64,000 nt of DNA. Source: Candidatus Bathyarchaeia archaeon (GTDB lineage: Archaea; Thermoproteota; Bathyarchaeia; Bathyarchaeales; DTEX01). Within the stretch, counting starts at the first letter, position 1; every line of letters begins with the position of its first letter. The notes below the pieces were generated by a model. That model did no database searches. It was not told the DNA's origin and worked only from the letters and a program-made list of their open reading frames with translations. The stretch lies in NCBI GenBank assembly GCA_038897035.1, contig JAWAXF010000001.1, positions 27,895 to 91,894 on the forward strand, given 5' to 3'. Both the position numbers and the translations under genes were made by a program. This document shows, one piece after another, positions 40,202 to 50,003 of this stretch.

Positions 40202-41653
40202 GTGATGGTAGTTCCGCTCGAGAGGATTGATAAGTACACTTGGCGTATACCGAAATATAAGCCTGGCATGCGTGTTCCAGGCGTCATCTTCGCAGATGAT
40301 GATCTGCTTGAGAAGATGAAGACCGATAGGACCCTTGAGCAGTGTGCCAATGTAGCTCATCTGCCGGGCATATACAAGTATTCTATAACTTTGCCGGACG
40401 GTCACGAGGGTTATGGCTTTCCTATCGGTGGCGTGGCGGCGACAGATTATGAAGAGGGTGTGATAAGCCCGGGCGGGGTAGGCTACGATATAAACTGTGG
40501 TGTGAGACTTCTAGTAACAAACTTTTCGGAAAAAGATGTCAGGCCTAAGTTGAATGAGCTGGCCACAGCAATATTCCACAACGTTCCATGCGGCCTAGGC
40601 AGCCATAGGAAGGACTTCTCAGTCTCTATGAATGAGCTTGATAGAATAGTGAGGGAGGGGGTTCCATACCTAGTAGATAAAGGTTATGGCTGGCGGGAAG
40701 ATATTGAGCACTGTGAGGAGCGTGGGTGCATGCCGGGCGCTAACCCAGACAAAGTCTCAAGCACAGCTAAAAAGAGAGGTGCGCCGGAGCTAGGAACGCT
40801 TGGCTCAGGAAACCACTTCTTAGAGATACAGAAGGTTGACAGAATATTTAATGAGGGGATTGCAAAGGCTTTCGGCATAACTCATGAAGGCCAAGTTACC
40901 GTGATGATTCATTGTGGCTCGCGTGGATATGGGCATCAGATATGCTCGGACTACCTGAGGATTATGGAGAGGGCCGTGCATAAATATCATATAGAGCTGC
41001 CAGATAGGGAGCTCGCATGCGCTCCTGGCACAAGCCGGGAGGCCCAAGATTACTATGAGGCTATGGCATGCGCAGTAAACTACGCCTTCGCAAATAGGCA
41101 GATGATAACCCACTGGGTTAGGCAGAGCTTTGAGCAGGTCTTTAAGACCCCCGCGGATAAGATTGGCCTACGCCTATTATATGACGTGGCGCATAACATC
41201 GCTAAGATTGAGGAGCACACCGTTGACGGTAAGACTATTAAGGTCTGGGTTCACAGGAAAGGTGCGACGAGAGCCTTCCCGCCGGGCCACAGGGATGTCC
41301 CAGCAGATTATAGGAGCCTCGGCCAGCCAGTTATAATACCGGGCTCGATGGGAACGAGCTCCTGGGTTCTAGTGGGCACCCCAAGAGCCATGGAGATAAC
41401 ATTTGGTTCAACGGCCCATGGTGCTGGTAGAATGCTCAGCCGCGCAGCCGCCACAAAGCGCTTTACTGGGGGCGAGATAAAGAGGATGCTTGAGAGTAGG
41501 GGCATAGTCGTCAGGGCGGCTAGCATGGCCGTCTTAGCTGAGGAGGCTGACCCAGCTTATAAGAATGTTGATAAGGTTGCCGAAGTGAGCAACGCTGTTG
41601 GTATAGCAATGTATGTCGCTAGACTAGTCTCATTAGCAGTTGTTAAGGGCTAA
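40202..41653 (+). CDS. rtcB: tRNA-splicing ligase RtcB
   Basis: PDGHEGYGFPIGG, GYDINCG, GTLGSGNHF, HCGSRG, HNIAK, HRKGAT, HGAGR. Confidence 0.97.
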   Translation: MMVVPLERIDKYTWRIPKYKPGMRVPGVIFADDDLLEKMKTDRTLEQCANVAHLPGIYKYSITLPDGHEGYGFPIGGVAATDYEEGVISPGGVGYDINCGVRLLVTNFSEKDVRPKLNELATAIFHNVPCGLGSHRKDFSVSMNELDRIVREGVPYLVDKGYGWREDIEHCEERGCMPGANPDKVSSTAKKRGAPELGTLGSGNHFLEIQKVDRIFNEGIAKAFGITHEGQVTVMIHCGSRGYGHQICSDYLRIMERAVHKYHIELPDRELACAPGTSREAQDYYEAMACAVNYAFANRQMITHWVRQSFEQVFKTPADKIGLRLLYDVAHNIAKIEEHTVDGKTIKVWVHRKGATRAFPPGHRDVPADYRSLGQPVIIPGSMGTSSWVLVGTPRAMEITFGSTAHGAGRMLSRAAATKRFTGGEIKRMLESRGIVVRAASMAVLAEEADPAYKNVDKVAEVSNAVGIAMYVARLVSLAVVKG

Positions 41654-42446
41654 TAAAGTCAACAATTTTTTTACTATCCTTTGTATTACTATTCTCTTCT
41701 TTCCCAGCGTATGTTGTATACAGAACCTCCTTAATCTTCTCAGATATTTTCTGGCCAAGCCCATAAACATCCTTAGGCCACCTTTCAACGTTCGCTAAGG
41801 CGTTAAACGGCGTCTTATAGACTTTAAGCAAACTTATAGCCCTCTCCCTCCCAATGTTTGGCAGACTTGCCAAGAAGAAGATTTGCGCATCAAAGACAGA
41901 CTCCAGCTTCTTAACCGGGTGGACAGCCGGCTCCCTCTTCTCCTCAAACTGCTCCTGCTTAGCAGAAGTGTAAAGCAGGAGGGCTGTCTCCCTATGATTG
42001 ATCGTGTTAATTACGCCTATACCATTCTTTGCCAAGGCGAATATTGCGCCCCATACAGACGATGGACTTATTTTACTAAACTTATAAATCAATGGAAGGT
42101 AGCCTTCAATCAGCAGGAACGGCTTCTCATAGGCCTCCTTCAGGAGGAAAATCTGCTCAAATAGGTCCCGGCGTGTAAGCGTGTTAACGAAATCTTGTAC
42201 TGTTTTCCGCTCAAACGCGCATCCATTGGAGATCACATAATCCCCTTTATCAAGGGTCTCAACTCTTATTATCGCGCCGAGCTCCTTGAGGCCCTCAACT
42301 ATCTTCGGTGCCGCACTAGCCTCCCTACTATCTACAATTACTACTGGTTGATCTGGTTTACCGCCCTTTATATATGGTATAAGGGTTCCAGAGCCAGCCA
42401 TGATGTATCTCCAAGATAATCGACTGTAAAAATTTTTATCTTCCAT
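41643..42446 (-). CDS. Short XPF/ERCC4 structure-specific endonuclease with HhH domain
   Basis: VDSRE, GDY, ERKT..DF, LPNIG, GLG.KI; C-terminal KKIVDFI. Confidence 0.9.
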   Translation of the reverse strand: MEDKNFYSRLSWRYIMAGSGTLIPYIKGGKPDQPVVIVDSREASAAPKIVEGLKELGAIIRVETLDKGDYVISNGCAFERKTVQDFVNTLTRRDLFEQIFLLKEAYEKPFLLIEGYLPLIYKFSKISPSSVWGAIFALAKNGIGVINTINHRETALLLYTSAKQEQFEEKREPAVHPVKKLESVFDAQIFFLASLPNIGRERAISLLKVYKTPFNALANVERWPKDVYGLGQKISEKIKEVLYTTYAGKEENSNTKDSKKIVDFISP

Positions 42447-42518
42447 CTCCTTAAATATCTTTCAGATATAAAAATAACATGTTTATGCATAATGGCAAAA
42501 ATAAAAGCAGTGTTGTAG

Positions 42519-45500
42519 ATGAGTAAGACTTTACTTGAAGGTTTAAGGGCAATATATCGTGGCATGTGTCCAAACTGTGGGGGAGAAATTAGTGACAGAG
42601 AGCTACTGAGCACTAGTGTTTGCAAACAGTGTCTACCAGTAGAGGTGGCTGATAAAGAGCAAGTCTATCTAGAGCTCGTTAAGAGGGGTCATATTGGCGA
42701 ATACGTAAAGGTTTTAGAGGTCGAGTTTGAGCTCAAGAGCTTTTCTAAGTTCTTTAGTTCGCTTATTGGGTCTAGGCCATGGGCTCTTCAGGAAGTCTGG
42801 GCTAAGCGTGTCCTGATGGGCAGGAGCTTCTCTATAGTTGCGCCTACAGGTATCGGGAAAACGCATTTCGGGCTTATAATGGCCTTATATTTAGCCCGTA
42901 AGGGAAAGAAGAGCTATATTATAGTGCCGACAAGTCTTCTAGTTAAGCACTTGCTTGATAGAGCTAGCCTTTTCATTGAGAAGATGGCTGCGAGGGGGGA
43001 GCCAACTCCCACGATTATAGGCTATTACTCTGGAATGCGGAAGAAGGAGATGGAGGAGACATTAAATAGAATCAGAGAACAGAATTTCTCCATGCTAATC
43101 ACAACTGATAAGTTCCTATACAATAGGTTTGAGCTTATTAAAGACGTAGACTTTGACTTCATATTTGTTGACGACGTAGACTCCTTCCTTAAATCCCCGA
43201 AGAATATTGATAAAGCTGTTCTTCTTATGGGTTTTAGTGCCGAAGATATTGAGAGAGCCCTAAAAGAGGAAGAGAAAAAGGAACCCATAAGGGTTACTGT
43301 CACAGCATCAAAGCGGGCGAACCCCGGGAGAATTTTAATTGTCTCGGGAGCCACATTAAGGGGAAAGAGAACAAAGAGAATAAAGATTTTCAGAAGACTC
43401 TTTGGTTTTGAGCCAGGCTTCAGCCCAGAATTTGTCAGAAACATAGCCAACCTCTATATTAAATCCAGAGGAGACATCACAGCGGAGACTATTGAAATAG
43501 TTAAAAGGCATGGATCTGGTTGCTTAGTCTTTGTTCCACAAGTTAAGGGCTTAGAGTATGCTAAGGAGATCGCACACGCCCTTAAGGAGGCTGGGATAAG
43601 CGCCTTTGTATATGAGCGAATGAGACCGAGGCTGCTTGAGAAGTTTGTAGGTGGTGAATATGCCGCCCTCGTCGGGGTTGCAAGTAATAGGAGCCCATTG
43701 GCCAGGGGCCTCGACCTTCCAGAAACAATAAGGTATGTTGTCTTCGCCGGGGTTCCTAGGAGGGAGATCAGAATTAGCGTTAATGAGAACAGCCCACAAA
43801 AGATTCTAACGCTGCTTAAGGCCCTCTCACCATTCTTTGAGGAGAAGTTTAGCAAAGAAGCTGCCCCAGTAATAGCTGCCCTCACAAAGGTAGTTCCAGT
43901 AACAAAGGATATAATTGAGAGGATTAGGGAGGCTGACGAAAAGGGCATCGAGCTGGATGGCTTTGCGGGGTATGTTCAAAGGATCGTCAAGGAAGCCAGA
44001 AAGCTCCTAGTCAAGATAATGGAGGACATAGATCTGAGGAGGATTACCGAGAGACTTGATGTTGACGTGAAGATAGAGGATAATGAATATGTTTTAGTTA
44101 TGCCTGATGTCGACGGCTATATACAGGCTTCAGGCAGGTCATCAAGATTCTACGCCATGGGGATAAGCCGTGGAGTATCTATACTCATAGTTGATGATGA
44201 GAAAGCCTTCTATGGGCTGAGTAAGAGGATTCAGCTGGCCACTGAGGAGGAGTTTGAGGAATACTCTCTTGAAAGGGCTATTGAAGAGTTTAAGCATGTA
44301 GATGGCGATAGGGAAATAATTGGGAAGATACGGAGGGGTGAGTTCTCAATAGATACCGTGGACATTATTAGATCCGCCTTGATAATTGTCGAGTCGCCGA
44401 CGAAGGCTAGGACAATAGCATACTTCTTTGGCAGACCAGCTAAGAGAACTGTAAATGACTTTACTGTCTACGAGGTCGCAAGCGGCCAAATGATATTAAA
44501 TGTTGTTGCCTCAGGCGGGCACATCTTCGATCTCACAATCGAGGGCGGTTTCCATGGCATCTTAAAAGAGGATGGCTTCTATATTCCAGTCTACACTGAT
44601 GTAAGAAGGTGCAATAGTTGCGGCGAGCAATTCACTGATAGGGATGAGTGCCCATCCTGTGGTTCAAAGGACATATTCTCGAAGAGAAAAGTCGTTGAGC
44701 TAATTCAGAAGCTCGCTATGGAAGTAAATAAAGTCTTCATCGCAACCGATCCGGACGCTGAGGGCGAGAAGATAGGCTATGATATATATGTGATGGCCAA
44801 ACCCTACTGCAGAAATGTCGAGAGGCTTGAGTTCCATGAGGTGACGCGCAGAGCCCTTAGAAAGGCCATATCCGAGCCTAGGAGCATAAGGCTACCCTAT
44901 GTTCAGGCGCAAGTTGTTAGGAGGGTTGAGGATAGATGGGTTGGCTTCGAGCTCAGTAGAAAGCTATGGGAGAGGTTCAAGATAATGACATTATCAGCTG
45001 GCAGGGTGCAGACTCCGGTTCTAGGCTGGGTTATAAAGCGTGCCGAGGAGCTAAAGAACAAGATCCCGGTAGCCGAGATCCTGCTGGAAAATGGTATTAC
45101 ATCAAGAGTTGTGAACCCGCCGGACGCGGGAGAACTTAAGAGGAAGTTTAAGGAGGGCGAGCTTAGAGCGAGAATTGAGGATATATCCTTCCGCGAAGAC
45201 AAGATTTACCCACAACCACCATATACAACCGATAGCATGCTTAAGGACGCAACCCAAAAGCTCGGCTTCACCGTTGGATACACTATGGGGTTAGCTCAGA
45301 GACTTTTCGAGTCGGGTCTAATAACATATCATAGAACAGACGCAACAACCGTATCGACAACGGGCATAGACATTGCGCGCCGATACATCGAGGAGAACCA
45401 CCCAGGCCTATTTAAGCCGAGGGAGTATAGAAGTGAGGGCGCACATGAATGTATAAGGCCGACCAAGCCCCTAAATCTCAAGCAACTACGCTTCTATTTG

Positions 45501-46091
45501 TCATCGGGGGTTCTGAGGGTACCCCAGAAGCTTAGCGCCGATCACCTAAAGCTATATGACATGATATTTAGGAGATTTATTGCCAGCCAGATGAGTGAGG
45601 CAAAGGTTTTAGTCCAAGAGTTTACGCTGAGGGTTGATGGCGCGGAGACTAGGCAGAGTAGAGTTGTGAAGGTTCTTGAGCAGGGATTCTTGGCAATTAA
45701 TCCTGTTGTCAGGGTTGATGATGAGGTTCATGAGGGAGAGTATAAGATTGTGAGGTTGAGGATTAGGCGAGAGTCAACAGTCAGACCTTACCGTGAGGGG
45801 GACCTGATAGCGCTCATGAAAGAGAGGGGCATTGGGAGACCGAGTACATACTCGAAGATAATTGATATACTCTTAAAGAGACGATATATAGTTGAAAATA
45901 AAAGGGTCTTGTTCAGCACAAGGCTTGGTAGAACCGTATATAATTACTTGGTCGAAAAATTTGGTTCGCTTGTATCAGAGGATTTAACCAGAAACCTTGA
46001 GAAAACCATAGATGCCATAGAGAATGGGCAGGCGCATTACCAGGATGTTTTAAGGACCATTGAGAACGAAATAAGAAATATTGTAAAGTAG
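42519..46091 (+). CDS. rgy: Reverse gyrase
   Basis: CPNCGG zinc finger, APTGIGKT, DDVD, RGLDLP, QASGRSSR, VESPTKA, ATDPDAEGE, SAGRVQT, LITYHRTD, GIGRPSTY. Confidence 0.97.
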   Translation: MSKTLLEGLRAIYRGMCPNCGGEISDRELLSTSVCKQCLPVEVADKEQVYLELVKRGHIGEYVKVLEVEFELKSFSKFFSSLIGSRPWALQEVWAKRVLMGRSFSIVAPTGIGKTHFGLIMALYLARKGKKSYIIVPTSLLVKHLLDRASLFIEKMAARGEPTPTIIGYYSGMRKKEMEETLNRIREQNFSMLITTDKFLYNRFELIKDVDFDFIFVDDVDSFLKSPKNIDKAVLLMGFSAEDIERALKEEEKKEPIRVTVTASKRANPGRILIVSGATLRGKRTKRIKIFRRLFGFEPGFSPEFVRNIANLYIKSRGDITAETIEIVKRHGSGCLVFVPQVKGLEYAKEIAHALKEAGISAFVYERMRPRLLEKFVGGEYAALVGVASNRSPLARGLDLPETIRYVVFAGVPRREIRISVNENSPQKILTLLKALSPFFEEKFSKEAAPVIAALTKVVPVTKDIIERIREADEKGIELDGFAGYVQRIVKEARKLLVKIMEDIDLRRITERLDVDVKIEDNEYVLVMPDVDGYIQASGRSSRFYAMGISRGVSILIVDDEKAFYGLSKRIQLATEEEFEEYSLERAIEEFKHVDGDREIIGKIRRGEFSIDTVDIIRSALIIVESPTKARTIAYFFGRPAKRTVNDFTVYEVASGQMILNVVASGGHIFDLTIEGGFHGILKEDGFYIPVYTDVRRCNSCGEQFTDRDECPSCGSKDIFSKRKVVELIQKLAMEVNKVFIATDPDAEGEKIGYDIYVMAKPYCRNVERLEFHEVTRRALRKAISEPRSIRLPYVQAQVVRRVEDRWVGFELSRKLWERFKIMTLSAGRVQTPVLGWVIKRAEELKNKIPVAEILLENGITSRVVNPPDAGELKRKFKEGELRARIEDISFREDKIYPQPPYTTDSMLKDATQKLGFTVGYTMGLAQRLFESGLITYHRTDATTVSTTGIDIARRYIEENHPGLFKPREYRSEGAHECIRPTKPLNLKQLRFYLSSGVLRVPQKLSADHLKLYDMIFRRFIASQMSEAKVLVQEFTLRVDGAETRQSRVVKVLEQGFLAINPVVRVDDEVHEGEYKIVRLRIRRESTVRPYREGDLIALMKERGIGRPSTYSKIIDILLKRRYIVENKRVLFSTRLGRTVYNYLVEKFGSLVSEDLTRNLEKTIDAIENGQAHYQDVLRTIENEIRNIVK

Positions 46092-46095
46092 AGGA

Positions 46096-46611
46096 TTATT
46101 TTATGATTCTTTTAGTCTGCGGAAGCGGCAATTTATTCACTAAGTTAAGGCGATACTCATATCTTAAGAACTTCTCAAACTCCTGGAAAACAATGCTTCC
46201 AGTTTCGTTCAACTTCATGCATATAGGGTTCTTAGAATACGCTTCACTTAAATCGTAGACGGCTACGTGCCTCCGCATATTCTGGTTCTCAGCCAACATT
46301 ACAAATATATCCCCTGAGGGCTTCTCCTGAAGAATCCACGCTGTGTAAGAAACATTCACTAACCTATACATTATATCATTCTCACGTATCGGATAAAGGT
46401 TGCTGAGAGAGATTGCCCTGAAAGTTTTTGGATAAACCTTCCTAGCGCAGAGGAAATTGTGATATTCTCCACCAGCATATATAATGTCCTCATATAAAGA
46501 AGCCCACCAACCCATCAATCTACACTGCCGCTTAAACTGCTTAATCAGATCCCAGACTATGGGTATAATTTGCATCCTTGTCCTCCAAATAGAAAAATAC
46601 GCATAATCCAT
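46096..46611 (-). CDS. Hypothetical protein
   Basis: 171-aa ORF filling the gap between rgy and rli; no recognised motif. Confidence 0.55.
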   Translation of the reverse strand: MDYAYFSIWRTRMQIIPIVWDLIKQFKRQCRLMGWWASLYEDIIYAGGEYHNFLCARKVYPKTFRAISLSNLYPIRENDIMYRLVNVSYTAWILQEKPSGDIFVMLAENQNMRRHVAVYDLSEAYSKNPICMKLNETGSIVFQEFEKFLRYEYRLNLVNKLPLPQTKRIIK

Positions 46612-46785
46612 CTTATAAACTATACATTTTTATGAAAATTTCGCCTTTATTGAAAAATTAGATTATTTTATTAATATAGAGTCTTTAAGGGTCCCTTGAG
46701 AGTCTTATATAACTGCTTATGTCCTCATCTAAGAGGTGATCCTGCGCCGAAGGAAAAGAATAGGGAGAAAACCGATGGTAAAGGA

Positions 46786-46797
46786 TTTTTATTTAAG
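46786..46797 (+). promoter_or_regulatory. Putative TATA box for ABCE1
   Basis: TTTTTATTTAAG about 28 nt upstream of the GGGGGAGTG SD-like element. Confidence 0.4.
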
Positions 46798-46837
46798 ACT
46801 TTGTTCTTCTTTAGATTTCTCTTAGGGGGAGTGGCAT

Positions 46838-48616
46838 ATTAGGATAGCTGTTATCGATACTGAGAAGTGCAAGCCTAAGCGCTGTGATAGGGCCTGTTAT
46901 CGTTTTTGCCCGCAGGTTAGAAGTAGAATTGAGGCTATAAAATTTGAGGATGATAAGCCAATAATTTCAGAGGTTTTATGCACGGGTTGCGGCATATGTG
47001 TAAAAAAGTGTCCATTTAAAGCGGTCTCTATAGTTAATGTCCCAGAAGAGCTGAGGGAAGAGTGCGTTCACAGGTTTGGGCCAAACGCCTTTAAACTCTT
47101 CCGCCTACCGGTTCCATCTCCCGGGGTGGTCTTGGGTCTATTGGGACAGAATGGCATAGGGAAGACAACTGCGATAAAAATACTTTCTGGCGAGATAAAA
47201 CCTAACCTTGAAAAATATGATAACCCCCCAAAGTGGCCCGAGATAATACAGTATTTTAGGGGCTCAACACTTCAAGAATACTTTCATAAGCTGAGCGGGG
47301 GAGAACTCAAGGTCGTCCATAAACCCCAATATGTTGATAGGATACCGCGGGCCGTGAAGGGTAGGGTTGGCGAGATCCTTGAGCGCATCGACAAGAGAGG
47401 TAAGCTCAGGGAGGTTTCCGAGAGACTTCAGCTTAAGGTTATATGGGATAGAACCTTAGATGTGTTAAGTGGCGGGGAGCTCCAGAGGGTTGCTATTGCA
47501 GCGGCTGTTTGCCGGGAGGCTGACGTCTACCTATTTGATGAGCCGTCCAGCTACCTGGACATTAAGCAGAGGCTCGAGGTCGCTAAGGTGATTAGGAGCC
47601 TGAAGGAGGAGGATAAGATGATAATTGTTGCGGAGCACGACCTAGCGGTGCTAGACTACCTCTCCGACCAGGTATGTATCTTCTATGGTAAGCCTGGAAT
47701 CTATGGAGTAGTCTCCCATGTTCATGGGGTCAGGGTTGGAGTAAACATTTACTTAGATGGCTTCATACCGGACGAGAATATGCGCTTCAGAAAGGAGCCA
47801 ATAGTATTCCATGTTAAACCGCCAATTAGTGACTCGTTGACTAATGTGCCTATTCTGAAGTGGAGTGAGATGACAAAGACTTACGGAGATTTTAAGCTTA
47901 AGATAGAGGCTGGTGAAGCTAAGCTGGGCGAGGTGATAGGTATATTAGGGCCGAACGGCATCGGTAAGACCACATTTATAAAGATACTGGCTGGGCTGGA
48001 GAAGCCTGATCAAGGTTCATCGCCGACGGAGGATATCCTCAGGGTTAGCTATAAGCCTCAGTACATTTCAACAGAGTATGAGGGAACGGTTGAGGATCTC
48101 CTTAAGCTGGCTGCCAAAGATAAGTTTGCCTCAAGCTGGTATCAGACTGAAATAATTAATCGGCTTAACCTGGCCCCCCTCTTTGATAGGAACGTTAAGG
48201 AGCTAAGTGGTGGGGAGCTTCAGAAGGTTGCGATAGCCGCCTGCCTATCTCATGATGCGGACATATACCTTCTTGATGAACCGAGCGCCTACCTTGATGT
48301 TGAAGAGAGACTGGCAATGGCGAAAACCATACGAAGGGTTGTCGAGGATAAATGTGTAACGGCCTTCGTCGTCGAGCACGATATAATCGCCATGGACTTC
48401 ATAGCGGATAGGCTGATGATATTCGCTGGCGAGCCCGGGGTTTATGGCTTAGCTAGGTCCCCAACTACTCTCCTAGATGGCATGAATAGCTTTCTTAAGG
48501 AGATGAAGGTAACTTTTAGGAGAGACCCAGATACAAAGAGACCTAGGGTGAATAAGGAGGATTCTAGGCTCGATAAATATCAGAAAAAGATTGGACAATA
48601 TTATTATGTTAAATAG
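46838..48616 (+). CDS. rli: Ribosome recycling ATPase ABCE1/Rli1; probable ATT start
   Basis: In frame upstream of the tracked ORF: (I)RIAVIDTEKCKPKRC...C...CP...LCTGCGICVKKCPF Fe-S domain; two ABC domains; RPRVNK..S.LD..QK tail. Confidence 0.95.
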   Translation: MRIAVIDTEKCKPKRCDRACYRFCPQVRSRIEAIKFEDDKPIISEVLCTGCGICVKKCPFKAVSIVNVPEELREECVHRFGPNAFKLFRLPVPSPGVVLGLLGQNGIGKTTAIKILSGEIKPNLEKYDNPPKWPEIIQYFRGSTLQEYFHKLSGGELKVVHKPQYVDRIPRAVKGRVGEILERIDKRGKLREVSERLQLKVIWDRTLDVLSGGELQRVAIAAAVCREADVYLFDEPSSYLDIKQRLEVAKVIRSLKEEDKMIIVAEHDLAVLDYLSDQVCIFYGKPGIYGVVSHVHGVRVGVNIYLDGFIPDENMRFRKEPIVFHVKPPISDSLTNVPILKWSEMTKTYGDFKLKIEAGEAKLGEVIGILGPNGIGKTTFIKILAGLEKPDQGSSPTEDILRVSYKPQYISTEYEGTVEDLLKLAAKDKFASSWYQTEIINRLNLAPLFDRNVKELSGGELQKVAIAACLSHDADIYLLDEPSAYLDVEERLAMAKTIRRVVEDKCVTAFVVEHDIIAMDFIADRLMIFAGEPGVYGLARSPTTLLDGMNSFLKEMKVTFRRDPDTKRPRVNKEDSRLDKYQKKIGQYYYVK

Positions 48617-48753
48617 TCAGAGTTGATGCAATTTATATTTCATTATCATGTCAACAATGAATCCCCTTTAATATCATTTTAGTCAAAAATTGTTGCAAAA
48701 TCCATTTATTCGGTTCTAGTCCTCTCCTCTATAGAGGTTAGGGGAGTATATTC

Positions 48754-48993
48754 ATGGTTGTTGCCGAAGAGAAGAGGGAGCCAATACGCTCTCATAAGGT
48801 CGTTATTAGGGGTATTGTCGAGGGGTACGAGGTTGCCTCACTCGATGATTTGAAGAAGATTGAGGATCGAATTGAGGGCCTACAGAGCGAAATAAACGCT
48901 CTAAGGAACCAGATTAGCGAGCTACAGAAAACGTTAAATGCGACAAATATGAGACTGGAGAGACTGGAAAACTTCTTACGATCGTTTAAATGA
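48754..48993 (+). CDS. Small coiled-coil hypothetical protein
   Basis: GGGGAG SD; heptad pattern LKKIEDRIEGLQSEINALRNQISELQKTL. Confidence 0.65.
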   Translation: MVVAEEKREPIRSHKVVIRGIVEGYEVASLDDLKKIEDRIEGLQSEINALRNQISELQKTLNATNMRLERLENFLRSFK

Positions 48994-49083
48994 AGCGCGC
49001 CCCTAGGATTCGATAATCTCACCAAAAAAAGACGAGACCTAGAAATTTTGGAAAGAAAGAGCCCTTTAGTCTGCTCTATTAGC

Positions 49084-49824
49084 CTAGAATGTGCCATTTT
49101 TTGAGGATTTCAAGACCTCATATACCTTTAATAATGCTCTCACCGGATCATCGCTAAGAGTTATGTAGGAGCCGACTACAGCGACCTTCGCTCCGGCTCT
49201 AAAGGCCTCCACAATTGTTTCTGGGTTGATGCCCCCGTCAACCTCAATAACTTTGTTGGTAAATCTTTTTGATATTCTTCTCAGCCTATCCGTCGCTTCA
49301 CTATGATACTTTTGTCCACCCAAACCCATTGGTACGCTCATCACTAAGATTACATGGGCTTTCTCAGCAATTTTCTCGGTGAGCTTCTCTTCAGGAGTTG
49401 GGAGGTTTAAGCCGATGCCGGCTCTATAGCCATACCTTTTGATGGTTTCAATGGCCTTTATTGTCTCTTCCTCGGAGCTGAAGGCTTCAACTTGAATTGT
49501 GATAGTTATATTTGACCTATCACTGCTTAACATAAACTTATTCATATCCTCTACAAGCTTGAGGGGCTCAAGGGTCATTAAATGCACGCTCAGAGAGGTC
49601 TCCTTAATAAGTTCCTCATATAATCTCCTTATCAAATCCACGGAGAACTTAGTCTTATCTGATATCAGCGGCGGCCTCATAACGTCTACGTGGACGCCCT
49701 TTATTTTTCCAGTTCTAATTAATTTAATTATGTTCTTGAATGCCCAGCTCTCTCTCAAATTATTTATACTTCTAGATAGCCCAGGCTCGTACTCTAATAT
49801 TGACAGTGAAATGGGCATGCCCAC
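49084..49824 (-). CDS. rpe: Ribulose-phosphate 3-epimerase family protein
   Basis: HVDVM, VHLM, VMSVPMGLGGQ, EVDGGIN, VVGS. Confidence 0.82.
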   Translation of the reverse strand: MGMPISLSILEYEPGLSRSINNLRESWAFKNIIKLIRTGKIKGVHVDVMRPPLISDKTKFSVDLIRRLYEELIKETSLSVHLMTLEPLKLVEDMNKFMLSSDRSNITITIQVEAFSSEEETIKAIETIKRYGYRAGIGLNLPTPEEKLTEKIAEKAHVILVMSVPMGLGGQKYHSEATDRLRRISKRFTNKVIEVDGGINPETIVEAFRAGAKVAVVGSYITLSDDPVRALLKVYEVLKSSKNGTF

Positions 49825-50003
49825 ACACTAATTCTAGAGATCTCGAACTAATAAATGCTAATAAACTGGTGGTGTATTCCTCCACATACTAAGGACTTCT
49901 GACTGTTTTCTCTAAAGTGTTACAAAAGAGAATAAAAATAACAGCAACAAATAAGTAAGTCTTTGTCTCTTTTATATAGAATTATATCCAAGGTTGGGTC
50001 TGC

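Noticed and set aside
46775-46845. A 60-nt intron joining ATG GTA (46775) to AGG ATA GCT would give a plausible MVRIAVID start for ABCE1
   Set aside because: No 4-bp central helix or inner stem forms at the junction registers tested, so there is no BHB support; an ATT start is simpler.
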